From a virus: a stretch of DNA of 64,000 nucleotides. Positions 8,183 to 16,557 of this stretch are shown here, in pieces. How positions within the stretch are numbered: position 1 is the stretch's first letter; every line of letters begins with the position of its first letter. The stretch spans positions 23,549 to 87,548 of IMG/VR virus record IMGVR_UViG_3300042898_002521. One strand, written 5' to 3'. Under the pieces are notes generated by a model that was not told the DNA's origin, did no database searches, and saw only the letters and a list, made by a program, of their open reading frames with translations. Made by a program: the position numbers and the translations under genes.

Positions 8183-9230
8183 CAGCCACCTCGTAAGTTG
8201 CACTAGCTTCTGGACGTACGATTCTTCGTACGTCTCGTTCTAGAGCTTCTTTGAGGTCAACCTCTTCCCTAATAGAGTTTACCACAGCATCTCCGCCTAG
8301 CCATTTTCGATCTCCGTAGCTGTAATAAGCGCCTGCACGAGTAATTATCTTGTAAATAATGCCCAAGGCTACAATCTCTTTTGCAAAGTCAAAATCACCT
8401 GCGTAACAGTTACCACCGTCACTGAAGTAAAAATCTACGTACGCTACCTGTGCTGGTGGGGCTGACTTATTCTTTATGGTGCGTACCTTGATAGTTTGAC
8501 CTACCTTACGCTTCTCCTGTCCTGTACCAGCCTCAATCCACTCATCACGCTTTACTTCAAGACGAGTAAAGAACGCGTAGTTCTTAGCCTCTCCACCTGG
8601 GGTGGTACGAGGATCACCGTACATAACGCCAATCTTCATGCGGTACTGGTTAATGATAATGCCAATGAATGGTCTTTCTGATTCTACAAGGGAACGACGT
8701 GATGCCTTACCTACCTTGCGGAAAAACTTACCTGTAAGCAGTGCACCGCGACCAACGGTTGCTTCGTCCATGTTCTTGTCATCTTCTGCTATTGGTACAA
8801 GAGCAGGTAACGAGTCAATAACTACGCAGTCAATGGCTTTGGTCTCTACTAATTCAATAACTGCTTCGTAGGCTTCTTCCATAATGTTAGTAGCAACTAC
8901 GTACACGCGAGATAAATCTATGCCACACATCTCTGCGTATTGTGGCACCCAAGTTTCAGCGGCTACCCAAACAGTAGTAAATTCTGGATCACGGGCTTGG
9001 TTGGCAGCAACAGTCTTAAGCGCAAGAGCTGTCTTACCGTTAGACGCTTCGCCTACGATCTCATGCCATTGATTAACAGGAAACCCGCCACCAAGAATCA
9101 TGTCTACTGCAAGTGATCCTGTAGTCATACGACCTAGGACATCGTCTTTAATGTCTGCTCCTAGGACAATCATTTCTGAACCAAACTTTTTGTTAAGTTT
9201 GGCAATTGCTTTGGCGAGGTCTAAGTCCAT
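8172..9230 (-). CDS. recA: RecA/UvsX-like recombinase
   Basis: TTGSLAVDMILGGG, Walker A GEASNGKT, VIDS, INQYRMKIGVMYGDPRTTPGG, KNK, AGAYY. Confidence 0.95.
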   Translation of the reverse strand: MDLDLAKAIAKLNKKFGSEMIVLGADIKDDVLGRMTTGSLAVDMILGGGFPVNQWHEIVGEASNGKTALALKTVAANQARDPEFTTVWVAAETWVPQYAEMCGIDLSRVYVVATNIMEEAYEAVIELVETKAIDCVVIDSLPALVPIAEDDKNMDEATVGRGALLTGKFFRKVGKASRRSLVESERPFIGIIINQYRMKIGVMYGDPRTTPGGEAKNYAFFTRLEVKRDEWIEAGTGQEKRKVGQTIKVRTIKNKSAPPAQVAYVDFYFSDGGNCYAGDFDFAKEIVALGIIYKIITRAGAYYSYGDRKWLGGDAVVNSIREEVDLKEALERDVRRIVRPEASATYEVAGAL

Positions 9231-9613
9231 TATTCAATCTTTCCGATGATAGTTTGCGGGTTAAAATTATTAGCAGTACTAATTTGTCTAGCTGGAGTGG
9301 CTGGTCCCCCGCCACCTTGTTGAGAAACGCCTCTACCCATACCGCTACCTGATTGAACTATAGGGTAGCCACAGTCGTAACACCTAGCTTTAGACTCAAG
9401 AGTTACCGATCCATAGTTTCCGCTACCGCAACCAGGGCACCTATTGGCTGTTCTAGCGCTCTGAGGCAGCGTAGAAGCCTCTTGAGGGGGCATATTAGGT
9501 TGGGGTACGGGATTGTAGGGAACTGGCGCTGGAGGCGTGTACGGAGGCGTAGGAGAAGGCCTACTTGTTGGAACTGGGGCACCTAGTTTGTCTGCCCACC
9601 AATTACCGCTCAT
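9230..9613 (-). CDS. Pro-rich zinc-ribbon protein
   Basis: CPGC...CYDC; start moved to ATG 9613. Confidence 0.7.
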   Translation of the reverse strand: MSGNWWADKLGAPVPTSRPSPTPPYTPPAPVPYNPVPQPNMPPQEASTLPQSARTANRCPGCGSGNYGSVTLESKARCYDCGYPIVQSGSGMGRGVSQQGGGGPATPARQISTANNFNPQTIIGKIE

Positions 9614-10067
9614 AGAAATCTCCCGATACAAATGACCCTGGGTTTACCAAGATACCTAACTCTAAAGCAGCCGCAAGAGCTGGAATAAGAACTGCTGCTG
9701 ACACCCGTGTGTAAATCTCAGCCATTAATTCCATGTCTTCTGCAAGGCTTGAGTCATCACCAATAACGCCATCTTCTTTTAACGTTGTAGTAAGGGTCTC
9801 CGCTAAAACTTGTCCGTTCATGGAAGCCATCATGTCAACAAAAGCTTTGTAAGGAATAACTTGAAGCAATCTGTCAAGGCTTTCTTTACGTTCCATCTCG
9901 TCACCCTCATCACTTACAGGGGTAAACCCAGCCGTTACTGCGTATTTATTAGGGTTATCAATACCACTATCGTACAAGAACCACCTGTAAAGAGTAGTTG
10001 CAGGAACGTCTGCGGTCTCAAACACATACTCAGGCTCGCTATTACGTTCCCAAAATTTCCAATTCAT
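9603..10067 (-). CDS. Hypothetical protein
   Basis: Start ATG 10067 overlapping the polA stop (ATGA). Confidence 0.7.
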   Translation of the reverse strand: MNWKFWERNSEPEYVFETADVPATTLYRWFLYDSGIDNPNKYAVTAGFTPVSDEGDEMERKESLDRLLQVIPYKAFVDMMASMNGQVLAETLTTTLKEDGVIGDDSSLAEDMELMAEIYTRVSAAVLIPALAAALELGILVNPGSFVSGDFYER

Positions 10068-12043
10068 TTTGCTTCTCCCCAACGGTCTACTACTTTTATG
10101 TCAGCTACTATAGGCACAGATAACAAATCAATACCCTCCATAGCATCTCGGATTGCTGACACCGTGTCATCAACCTTATCATTTGGAGTTAGTGTAACCA
10201 ACTCGTCATGAACTGTAAGAAGGAGCCTAGCACCTTCTGGCAGCCTTTTGTACGCACGCACCATAGCCAACTTAATAATGTCAGCGGCAGAGCCTTGAAT
10301 GCGTGTATTAAAAGCCTGTCGCTCTGCGGCAGACCTTAAAAATGGGTCACTAGATAAAATGTCTGGAAGGTACCGTTTACGACCTAATACGGTAGTTACA
10401 TAAGGAGGAGTGTTAGCTTTAGTTGCCCCAATAACTTTTATCCTATAAGAACTTACGGATGAAAACTCTGCCCCAAACCTAGAAAGCAAATCGCGGGCCT
10501 CAGTAATAGAACACCCAATAGAACGAGAAATTTTATCTGGGCCTACTCCGTATGCCATAGCGAGCACTAACACCTTACCTGCTTTACGATCCACTCCCAT
10601 GGTGTCACCTACTGTTGTGTAGATATCCCCACCCCTTGAATAGTTTTCCATCATAATAGGGTCTTTAGACATAGAGGCAATAACGCGGGGTTCAATCTGG
10701 GAGTAATCCGCCACTACAAGTTTGTATCCTTCGGGGGCAAAGAAAAGGTTTCTGATTGCCTTTCCGTGTGCTGTATGAGGTGCAGGAACGTTTTGAAGGT
10801 TAGGGTTACGACTGCTGAAACGACCAGTTTCCGCGCCGTGCTGTATGAAATCGCAATGAATCCTACCGCTAATAAGGAGCGAGTTTTTATGTTCACGTTT
10901 TTCCTTTCCTCCTGTAGTTCGAACTACTTCCCCACCTAAATAAGGCACTACATAAGTAGTACTCAATTTGTTAAGATCAGCGTAGGTAAGCATAGCATCC
11001 ACTAAAGGATCAGCTAACTTGTACGCTTCTAAAGCCTCGGCTGACACAGAGTAGTCTGAATAAGTAAGTTCCAAACCTTGTTCGGCCTTACGATTTCCAG
11101 CGGTAGTAAGAATTTTAGGCTTAAGCCCCCTACCGCCCTCGTCCTTAGAGCCGTACAACAATAATTGTTTTTCCTGGTTAGAGTTAATATTAAATGGGCG
11201 CTCAGCAATACGGAATATCTCTGCCCTGGCAGTTTCAATGTCAATTCGTAATTGCGCATCAAGGGCCTCTAGTTCAACCACATCTATTGGAGCACCTTCA
11301 AGTTTCATAGCGCATAAAACTTTAAGCACGTCCATTTCTAAACTCATAATAACGTCAAGCTCTGAGTCTTTAATTTTTGGAACTAAAGCTTTCCATAATA
11401 AGAAAGTATATTTAGCATCAAGAAAAGCATACTTGGCAACTTCGGTAAACGAATACTTCTCTACCTCTTTACCTACACCTTTAACCATCTCGTAACCAAA
11501 CTCACGCTTAAGGCAAGCGTCAAGCCCGCACTTGTTCTTGTTACGGTTATCACTAATAAATGATGCAATCATAGTGTCAAAATATGGGCCTGTAGGAACT
11601 TCCCCTTTATAGTACTTTGCGATGGATGTCAAATCAAAGATTAGGTTATGACCTACTGTAAGAAGGTTACTATTGAATAGAATAGGACGCAAAGCCTTAA
11701 ACACTTCATTAGGGTACAGCTGGGCTGGTGGGGGACCAAACTTTTTAGTGGCTTTTTTCTTATCCCGTGAGTAATCACTAGGGCGAGCGGTAAGGCCTGC
11801 TTCTACGCGTTTCTCGCCTTGGCCTGTAAGTGGAAACACTTCCTCTACAAAATCACCGTTAGGGTGTCCCATTGGAATTACATCGCACCGACCGTGAGTG
11901 GCAAAAGTAATCCATAAGACCTCGTTAATCGGAGTAACCCCACGATTATCGCCAACGGTTTCTACGTCAAATGCAAAAGCGTCTTGTGTTAAATAATGTG
12001 CGACCATGTCATTTAACTGGTCAAGTGTAGTAATAATATTCAT
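10064..12043 (-). CDS. polA: Family A DNA polymerase with 3'-5' exonuclease
   Basis: Exo I DVET, Exo II GHNLIFD, Exo III YAFLD; TGRFSSRNPNLQN; motif A DYSQIE; motif B RKAGKVLVLAMAYG; motif C VHDE; start ATG 12043 with TAAGGGG RBS. Confidence 0.96.
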   Translation of the reverse strand: MNIITTLDQLNDMVAHYLTQDAFAFDVETVGDNRGVTPINEVLWITFATHGRCDVIPMGHPNGDFVEEVFPLTGQGEKRVEAGLTARPSDYSRDKKKATKKFGPPPAQLYPNEVFKALRPILFNSNLLTVGHNLIFDLTSIAKYYKGEVPTGPYFDTMIASFISDNRNKNKCGLDACLKREFGYEMVKGVGKEVEKYSFTEVAKYAFLDAKYTFLLWKALVPKIKDSELDVIMSLEMDVLKVLCAMKLEGAPIDVVELEALDAQLRIDIETARAEIFRIAERPFNINSNQEKQLLLYGSKDEGGRGLKPKILTTAGNRKAEQGLELTYSDYSVSAEALEAYKLADPLVDAMLTYADLNKLSTTYVVPYLGGEVVRTTGGKEKREHKNSLLISGRIHCDFIQHGAETGRFSSRNPNLQNVPAPHTAHGKAIRNLFFAPEGYKLVVADYSQIEPRVIASMSKDPIMMENYSRGGDIYTTVGDTMGVDRKAGKVLVLAMAYGVGPDKISRSIGCSITEARDLLSRFGAEFSSVSSYRIKVIGATKANTPPYVTTVLGRKRYLPDILSSDPFLRSAAERQAFNTRIQGSAADIIKLAMVRAYKRLPEGARLLLTVHDELVTLTPNDKVDDTVSAIRDAMEGIDLLSVPIVADIKVVDRWGEAK

Positions 12044-12059
12044 AGCATGCCCCTTAAGA

Positions 12060-12099
12060 GCCACTAGCGGTAGGAAAGGGGGTACCTACCGCTAGTGGC
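12060..12099 (-). promoter_or_regulatory. 15-bp perfect hairpin with anti-SD-like loop UACCCCCUUU, immediately upstream of the polA RBS
   Basis: GCCACTAGCGGTAGG / CCTACCGCTAGTGGC inverted repeat, 10-nt loop. Confidence 0.7.
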
Positions 12100-12113
12100 A
12101 GTCTGTGTGTTAT

Positions 12114-12797
12114 TTAGGAATTACGAAGGCTTTCAGCAATTTCAAGAAGCTGATCGTAAGGTGTTTCACGGATTACTTCGTCAGTATAAACCTCTACTGT
12201 TGCAATGTAAGCGTCTGCATCTGCCTGGTTAATTCCCCAGTCTTCATCTAGATCGCGTGCCTTAATAGCGTTGACGTGGTAAGTAGTACCAGCCTTTTCT
12301 CCTGTGCGACTAATCGCCCAGTAGTTCTTATTAATTGGACCTTGTGGAGAACTGTTTGCCTGCAACAAAGTGCGAAACAAAGGAGGGGTTGCAGTAAGGA
12401 TTTGGCGCTGTGGGCCACCTTCTGCGCTTAGGTTAACAATCGTGAAGCCACGCTTGTCGTCTGGACGGTGATCTAAAACTGTGCACAATGGGCAAGTCTG
12501 ACCACTTGGCTTGAGGCAAATGTATGACTTTTTGCCTGGCTTGTTAGTTAAGAAATGTTGCTTGTAGGTAGCAAAGGGGCCACCTTCATCCAAAAACTTT
12601 ACAACTTGCAAAGTTTCACTTGCTTTGAAGTCAATTGGAAAACTACCTGATGGGGTAGTCATGCTTTCGGCTGCATCCCAGCCTGACTTAACTGCACCGC
12701 TACTTGCTTGAGCGGGACGGGCGTTTACATCGAAGTCTTCACCAAAGCTATCTGCTACGGAGTACTTCTCTTCTTCTATCGAACGGTTAACTGGCAT
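12114..12797 (-). CDS. Single-stranded DNA-binding protein (gp32-like), probable
   Basis: VVKFL, QHF, C...CPLC zinc site, ISRTG..TTY; next to polA; start moved to ATG 12797. Confidence 0.65.
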   Translation of the reverse strand: MPVNRSIEEEKYSVADSFGEDFDVNARPAQASSGAVKSGWDAAESMTTPSGSFPIDFKASETLQVVKFLDEGGPFATYKQHFLTNKPGKKSYICLKPSGQTCPLCTVLDHRPDDKRGFTIVNLSAEGGPQRQILTATPPLFRTLLQANSSPQGPINKNYWAISRTGEKAGTTYHVNAIKARDLDEDWGINQADADAYIATVEVYTDEVIRETPYDQLLEIAESLRNS

Positions 12798-12798
12798 T

Positions 12799-13293
12799 TT
12801 ATTTCTCTTTTTCTGCTTTATCGGCATTGTTGGTTGTTTCTTGCATCTTAATGTGTTCCCACATCTCAGCAAGTTCTTGGGGAACTTGCTGGTATTCGGA
12901 CCACTCGATTCTATCTAAACCTAATAGTCCGTGCTTGTCAAATAGATCGACAGCTGCATCTACCATAGCACGGCTGTACAGCTTTCGACCTCTTCTTGTG
13001 TCACCATTTTTATCAACTACATCAGGTAATCGATATGGTGCGTTAGGTAAATACCCTAACATACCCCAGGTTCGTACCGTGACAATCGGTCTACCTAGAG
13101 CCTGTGCCAAAGCACCGAGCGTAAACATTTCTACGTCAATACCACTTGGCAAAGTTTTTACAAAAGGACGAGCATCCCAAGTTTTTTCTACAATTACTTT
13201 GGGCTTCTCTTCTTTAACTAATTTTCTTTTACGTTTACTGCCTGGGTAATACTGGTCAATAGCAGAAAACATTTCATCAATTAAATCTTCCAT
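12799..13293 (-). CDS. MerR-like helix-turn-helix DNA-binding protein
   Basis: FTLGALAQALGRPIVTVRTW...G.LP...R.YS pattern. Confidence 0.7.
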   Translation of the reverse strand: MEDLIDEMFSAIDQYYPGSKRKRKLVKEEKPKVIVEKTWDARPFVKTLPSGIDVEMFTLGALAQALGRPIVTVRTWGMLGYLPNAPYRLPDVVDKNGDTRRGRKLYSRAMVDAAVDLFDKHGLLGLDRIEWSEYQQVPQELAEMWEHIKMQETTNNADKAEKEK

Positions 13294-13294
13294 G

Positions 13295-13702
13295 TTAACT
13301 CTTTGACATTACTAACGCCCAAGTTATTTTAGCTGGAAACATCTTGTCAATATCTTCTTCAGTAACTAAGCCTTCGTAATAAGCAGCCATAATTGCTTCC
13401 TCATCTAGAACAGGAATCATTGTGACGCAGCGCTCGTGCAATCCCTTTTCTTTTAAGATGTCCTCAGCAATATCCATGTCTAAAGACTTGGATACTTTCC
13501 GCTGATTAAGTACTCTCTTGATGCCTGTTATGTCGTCATTAATTTCTACTACAACATGCCCACGATCATCAACTTCACCTAGCTCTTTTAAACCGTCGCG
13601 TAGTTTTTCTTTAATGTCATTTTGAATTGCAATTGTGCTATCAATACGATCTTTAAGCGTAGCGTTTTGGCGGACTAGGTCTAACATATCTTCTACGTTC
13701 AT
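13295..13702 (-). CDS. Hypothetical phage protein
   Basis: 135-aa ORF, AAGGGGG RBS, own promoter. Confidence 0.75.
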   Translation of the reverse strand: MNVEDMLDLVRQNATLKDRIDSTIAIQNDIKEKLRDGLKELGEVDDRGHVVVEINDDITGIKRVLNQRKVSKSLDMDIAEDILKEKGLHERCVTMIPVLDEEAIMAAYYEGLVTEEDIDKMFPAKITWALVMSKS

Positions 13703-13726
13703 GTGAACCCCCTTCTTAGGTAGAGA

Positions 13727-13900
13727 TTACTCTAGCACATCAACCTGACGTGCACGGGCACTCTTTAGATACGAGTACAACCCGTCAATAATAATACTAG
13801 TTACCGTAACTCCGTCAATTCGGGCTTGGTCTTGAACAGCAAGCCAAAGCTCGTCATCTACCCGTAGGGTGCGAGTTGGCGTCTTAGGTGCGTTAGGCAT
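13727..13900 (-). CDS. Ribbon-helix-helix (Arc/MetJ-like) regulator, 57 aa, leaderless (not in ORF track)
   Basis: MPNAPKTPTRTLRVDDELWLAVQDQARIDGVTVTSIIIDGLYSYL...; TACAAT -10 box 6 nt before ATG. Confidence 0.8.
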   Translation of the reverse strand: MPNAPKTPTRTLRVDDELWLAVQDQARIDGVTVTSIIIDGLYSYLKSARARQVDVLE

Positions 13901-13906
13901 ACCTAT

Positions 13907-13937
13907 ATTGTACCAAGATGTACTGACAAAATCAGTA
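13907..13937 (-). promoter_or_regulatory. Promoter GTCAG-N10-TACAAT with overlapping palindrome TACTGA-N5-TCAGTA
   Basis: Read directly from the sequence; same geometry at 13729-13749, 14515-14535 and 58441-58461. Confidence 0.6.
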
Positions 13938-13941
13938 AAGA

Positions 13942-14508
13942 TTATAATTTTTTAAACCAAACTTGCGAGTTAGCCACTAAAAGTTCTATTAAATCCTTAC
14001 AAATATGGTGAAAAGCATCAACTCCTGGGGCTGGGTCATAGTATGAACCCTTACCTGATGCCCAAGTGTAGTCATCAAACGCAATGATTCCCCCAGGCTT
14101 AAGTAACTGAAAAGCGTTAAGCCCGTCTTTAACAGTTTGACTAGCCGTGTGATCACCGTCAATGTAAATAAAATCATACTCATCTGATTGCTGATAGTAT
14201 TCATAGAAGAAACAATCGCTAGTCATTTTCCATTTGCGAATTGACTTATTATCTTTATGGCGAGAATCGTAAACAGATTCAACTTTAGTAAAATCTATTT
14301 GCTCGTGCGCATCTTCCTGACTACCCTGCCAAGTATCAACGTCATCAAGTTCCCATTTAGTATTGTTTGCAATCCACTCAGTAGCATCTCCTGTGTAAGC
14401 ACCAATTTGTAAAGCTTTTATACTGGAGTTACTACGCATTTTTTTAGGCAGTAAAGTGTCAAAGTTGTCTTTGGCAGTAATGTTAAACCAGTTGGGAAAA
14501 TCAGACAT
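13942..14508 (-). CDS. Class I SAM-dependent methyltransferase (Methyltransf_24-like), leaderless
   Basis: LQIGAYTG, VDTW, YDFIYIDGDH, LKPGGIIAFDDY; TACTAT -10 box 6 nt before ATG. Confidence 0.85.
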   Translation of the reverse strand: MSDFPNWFNITAKDNFDTLLPKKMRSNSSIKALQIGAYTGDATEWIANNTKWELDDVDTWQGSQEDAHEQIDFTKVESVYDSRHKDNKSIRKWKMTSDCFFYEYYQQSDEYDFIYIDGDHTASQTVKDGLNAFQLLKPGGIIAFDDYTWASGKGSYYDPAPGVDAFHHICKDLIELLVANSQVWFKKL

Positions 14509-14534
14509 GCCAAGATAGTATCACAAGATACTAA

Positions 14535-14720
14535 CTACTCGTCGTTGTCTTTATCTTCACGAATCCGAATAGTGATTAGATGTATAAGGGTTACTAATAG
14601 GATTGCGTAGCCCACAACTGTGCGTGCGCTGCCTTCCAATAGTAGCCAGGCTACAAAGAACCCAAGGAGTGTGTATCCCTGGTTCAATGATTCAATGATT
14701 GCGTCTTTTAACCAGCGCAT
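14535..14720 (-). CDS. Small two-TM membrane protein
   Basis: Two hydrophobic segments; coupled to the upstream surface protein. Confidence 0.75.
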   Translation of the reverse strand: MRWLKDAIIESLNQGYTLLGFFVAWLLLEGSARTVVGYAILLVTLIHLITIRIREDKDNDE

Positions 14721-14721
14721 T

Positions 14722-16416
14722 TTATCTCCTTGCTAACGAGGTGGTAACTCCACCAACAATTACTTGTCCAACAAGAACCACAGCTACTGTGCCTTGTTGA
14801 GCGGTCTTTCTAATTTCTTTTGGTAGGTCTGCACCTACGTTGGAAATAGCTTTAAGGGCTTTTTCTGGGTCTGTGAATACTGTGGCAAGAAGTTCTGCTG
14901 GGTCTTCAAAGATTTCAATAGCGTCTGCAATTTCTGCAAGCAAAACCACACCGTTTTCTAATGTGATCGGTTGGTCTGGAGGCAAATCTTCGTAATCCAA
15001 ACCAGACTCTTCAAATACATCAGCGGGAATGGCTGTATCTTCGTACGCGGCTACCAAAACATCAGATAAAAATTCTTTTTCATCTTCAGTTAAAACCACA
15101 GTAGGGTCAAAAGTATCAAACAGATTTGTTAATTCTTCTTCAGTAATCTCTCCATCAGACAAAAAAGCATCAATTACATCAGCCGTATCCGCTGCAGAAA
15201 TTGAACCGTCAGATAGTGCTTCAGAAACAAGTTCTGTAGTTTCTTCTGCGGATGTTATAGTTGGTTCTATTGTAGGTTCAGGAAATGGTGATTCACTTTG
15301 AGTAGGTTCAGGTATTGGCGTTGGCTCTGGGTCCAGAGGTGGCTCAACACTCGCAGTCGGTTCAGGCTCTGGAGTCTGTGTTTCTACTGGCGTTGGTACA
15401 ACAACTTCAGGAGTTGGTTCAGGTGTTAAAGTTTCTGAAGGGCTTGGGGTTGGCTCTGGGGTTGGTTCTGGGGATGGCGTTGGTTCAAGGCTTGGTGTTG
15501 GCTCTGGCGTGGGTGTTACTGTTGGTTCTGGTGTCGGGGTGGGACTAGGTTCCACAGGGCACGTCTGATTCCACATAATTACAGACCCGTCCCAGCAAGT
15601 AATGTCTGGTGGCGTAGGCGGACATTGAGCGTCCCAGCTAACTGAAGTACCGTCCCAGCACTCAAGTGGTGGAGGTTGTTGAGGGCAGGTTTGGCTCCAA
15701 GTAATCCATGACCCATCCCAACACTGTGTATCAGGCGGTACGGGTGGGCAAGTCTCATTCCAAGCTACGGTAGACCCATCCCAGCATTGGCCTGGAGGGG
15801 GCTCTGGAGGGCACGTAGAGGTCAAGGGAATGACAGACCCATCCCAGCATGACTGCATCTCTACAGGAAGCCCACCGTTGACGGTAAAGGCCTCAGAGAT
15901 GGTTACAACGTCTGTGTTAGGGGCAAATCGGATACCACGCCGCAAGTCTGCAGGAAGCCATCCTGTGGTTTCTACAGTGCCCGACCATGAAGGGTACCTG
16001 GCTATATCTACAGTTAATTTAATTTCAGTTATTGCTCCAGTTGATTGTGGGTAAGGTCGAACCTTCCAAAGCACACAAAAACCTGTGTTGTTAACGCCAT
16101 AACTTAAACTAGTACCCTCACCAAAAGTTACCCAGTCATACCCAGCAAGGGAAATAGATGGGGTATTAGGGTAGGAACTAAAATTAGCGTCAGGAGTACC
16201 AAACGTAAGCGTTCCATTAGTAGTTACATACGTAATGTCATAGGTAGTATCACCTAGTGGTAATGAAAATGGCAAAATCATTTGATGCGCAGCGTCATCT
16301 TCCCGCGTCCATGAGTAAGTGTCACAGGGAGCATCTACCACTGCGTAAGCGGGCACAGCGTTTAACGGAAAAGCAAATGCAAATGCCAGGGCAGCAAAAA
16401 TTTTAAAGGATTTCAA
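14722..16416 (-). CDS. Secreted, C-terminally anchored surface protein with five CWDG repeats and a Pro/Thr/Glu linker
   Basis: Signal peptide ending AYA; 5 x CWDG-x8-CP repeats of 21 aa; PTPE repeats; acidic domain; hydrophobic tail followed by RR. Confidence 0.8.
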   Translation of the reverse strand: MKSFKIFAALAFAFAFPLNAVPAYAVVDAPCDTYSWTREDDAAHQMILPFSLPLGDTTYDITYVTTNGTLTFGTPDANFSSYPNTPSISLAGYDWVTFGEGTSLSYGVNNTGFCVLWKVRPYPQSTGAITEIKLTVDIARYPSWSGTVETTGWLPADLRRGIRFAPNTDVVTISEAFTVNGGLPVEMQSCWDGSVIPLTSTCPPEPPPGQCWDGSTVAWNETCPPVPPDTQCWDGSWITWSQTCPQQPPPLECWDGTSVSWDAQCPPTPPDITCWDGSVIMWNQTCPVEPSPTPTPEPTVTPTPEPTPSLEPTPSPEPTPEPTPSPSETLTPEPTPEVVVPTPVETQTPEPEPTASVEPPLDPEPTPIPEPTQSESPFPEPTIEPTITSAEETTELVSEALSDGSISAADTADVIDAFLSDGEITEEELTNLFDTFDPTVVLTEDEKEFLSDVLVAAYEDTAIPADVFEESGLDYEDLPPDQPITLENGVVLLAEIADAIEIFEDPAELLATVFTDPEKALKAISNVGADLPKEIRKTAQQGTVAVVLVGQVIVGGVTTSLARR

Positions 16417-16481
16417 TGCCAGTTCTCTCCTAAGGGCAATACATAAAGTTTACCCGAAGAAAGAATAATAATCTTGGCTTG

Positions 16482-16553
16482 CTCCCCGCCGTGGACTTGA
16501 ACCACGAACATTTCGATTAACAGTCGAACGCTCTGCCATTGAGCTAGCAGGGA
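16482..16553 (-). tRNA. trnN: tRNA-Asn (GTT), CCA not encoded
   Basis: Full cloverleaf: TCCCTGC/GCGGGGA acceptor, GCTC/GAGC D-stem, TTCGA-CTGTTAA-TCGAA anticodon arm, CGTGG-TTCAAGT-CCACG T-arm. Confidence 0.95.
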
Positions 16554-16557
16554 TTAG

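Noticed and set aside
12050-12099. H-type pseudoknot between the hairpin loop and the polA RBS
   Set aside because: A linker of about 4 nt cannot span a 15-bp stem, so cis pairing with the intact stem is unlikely.
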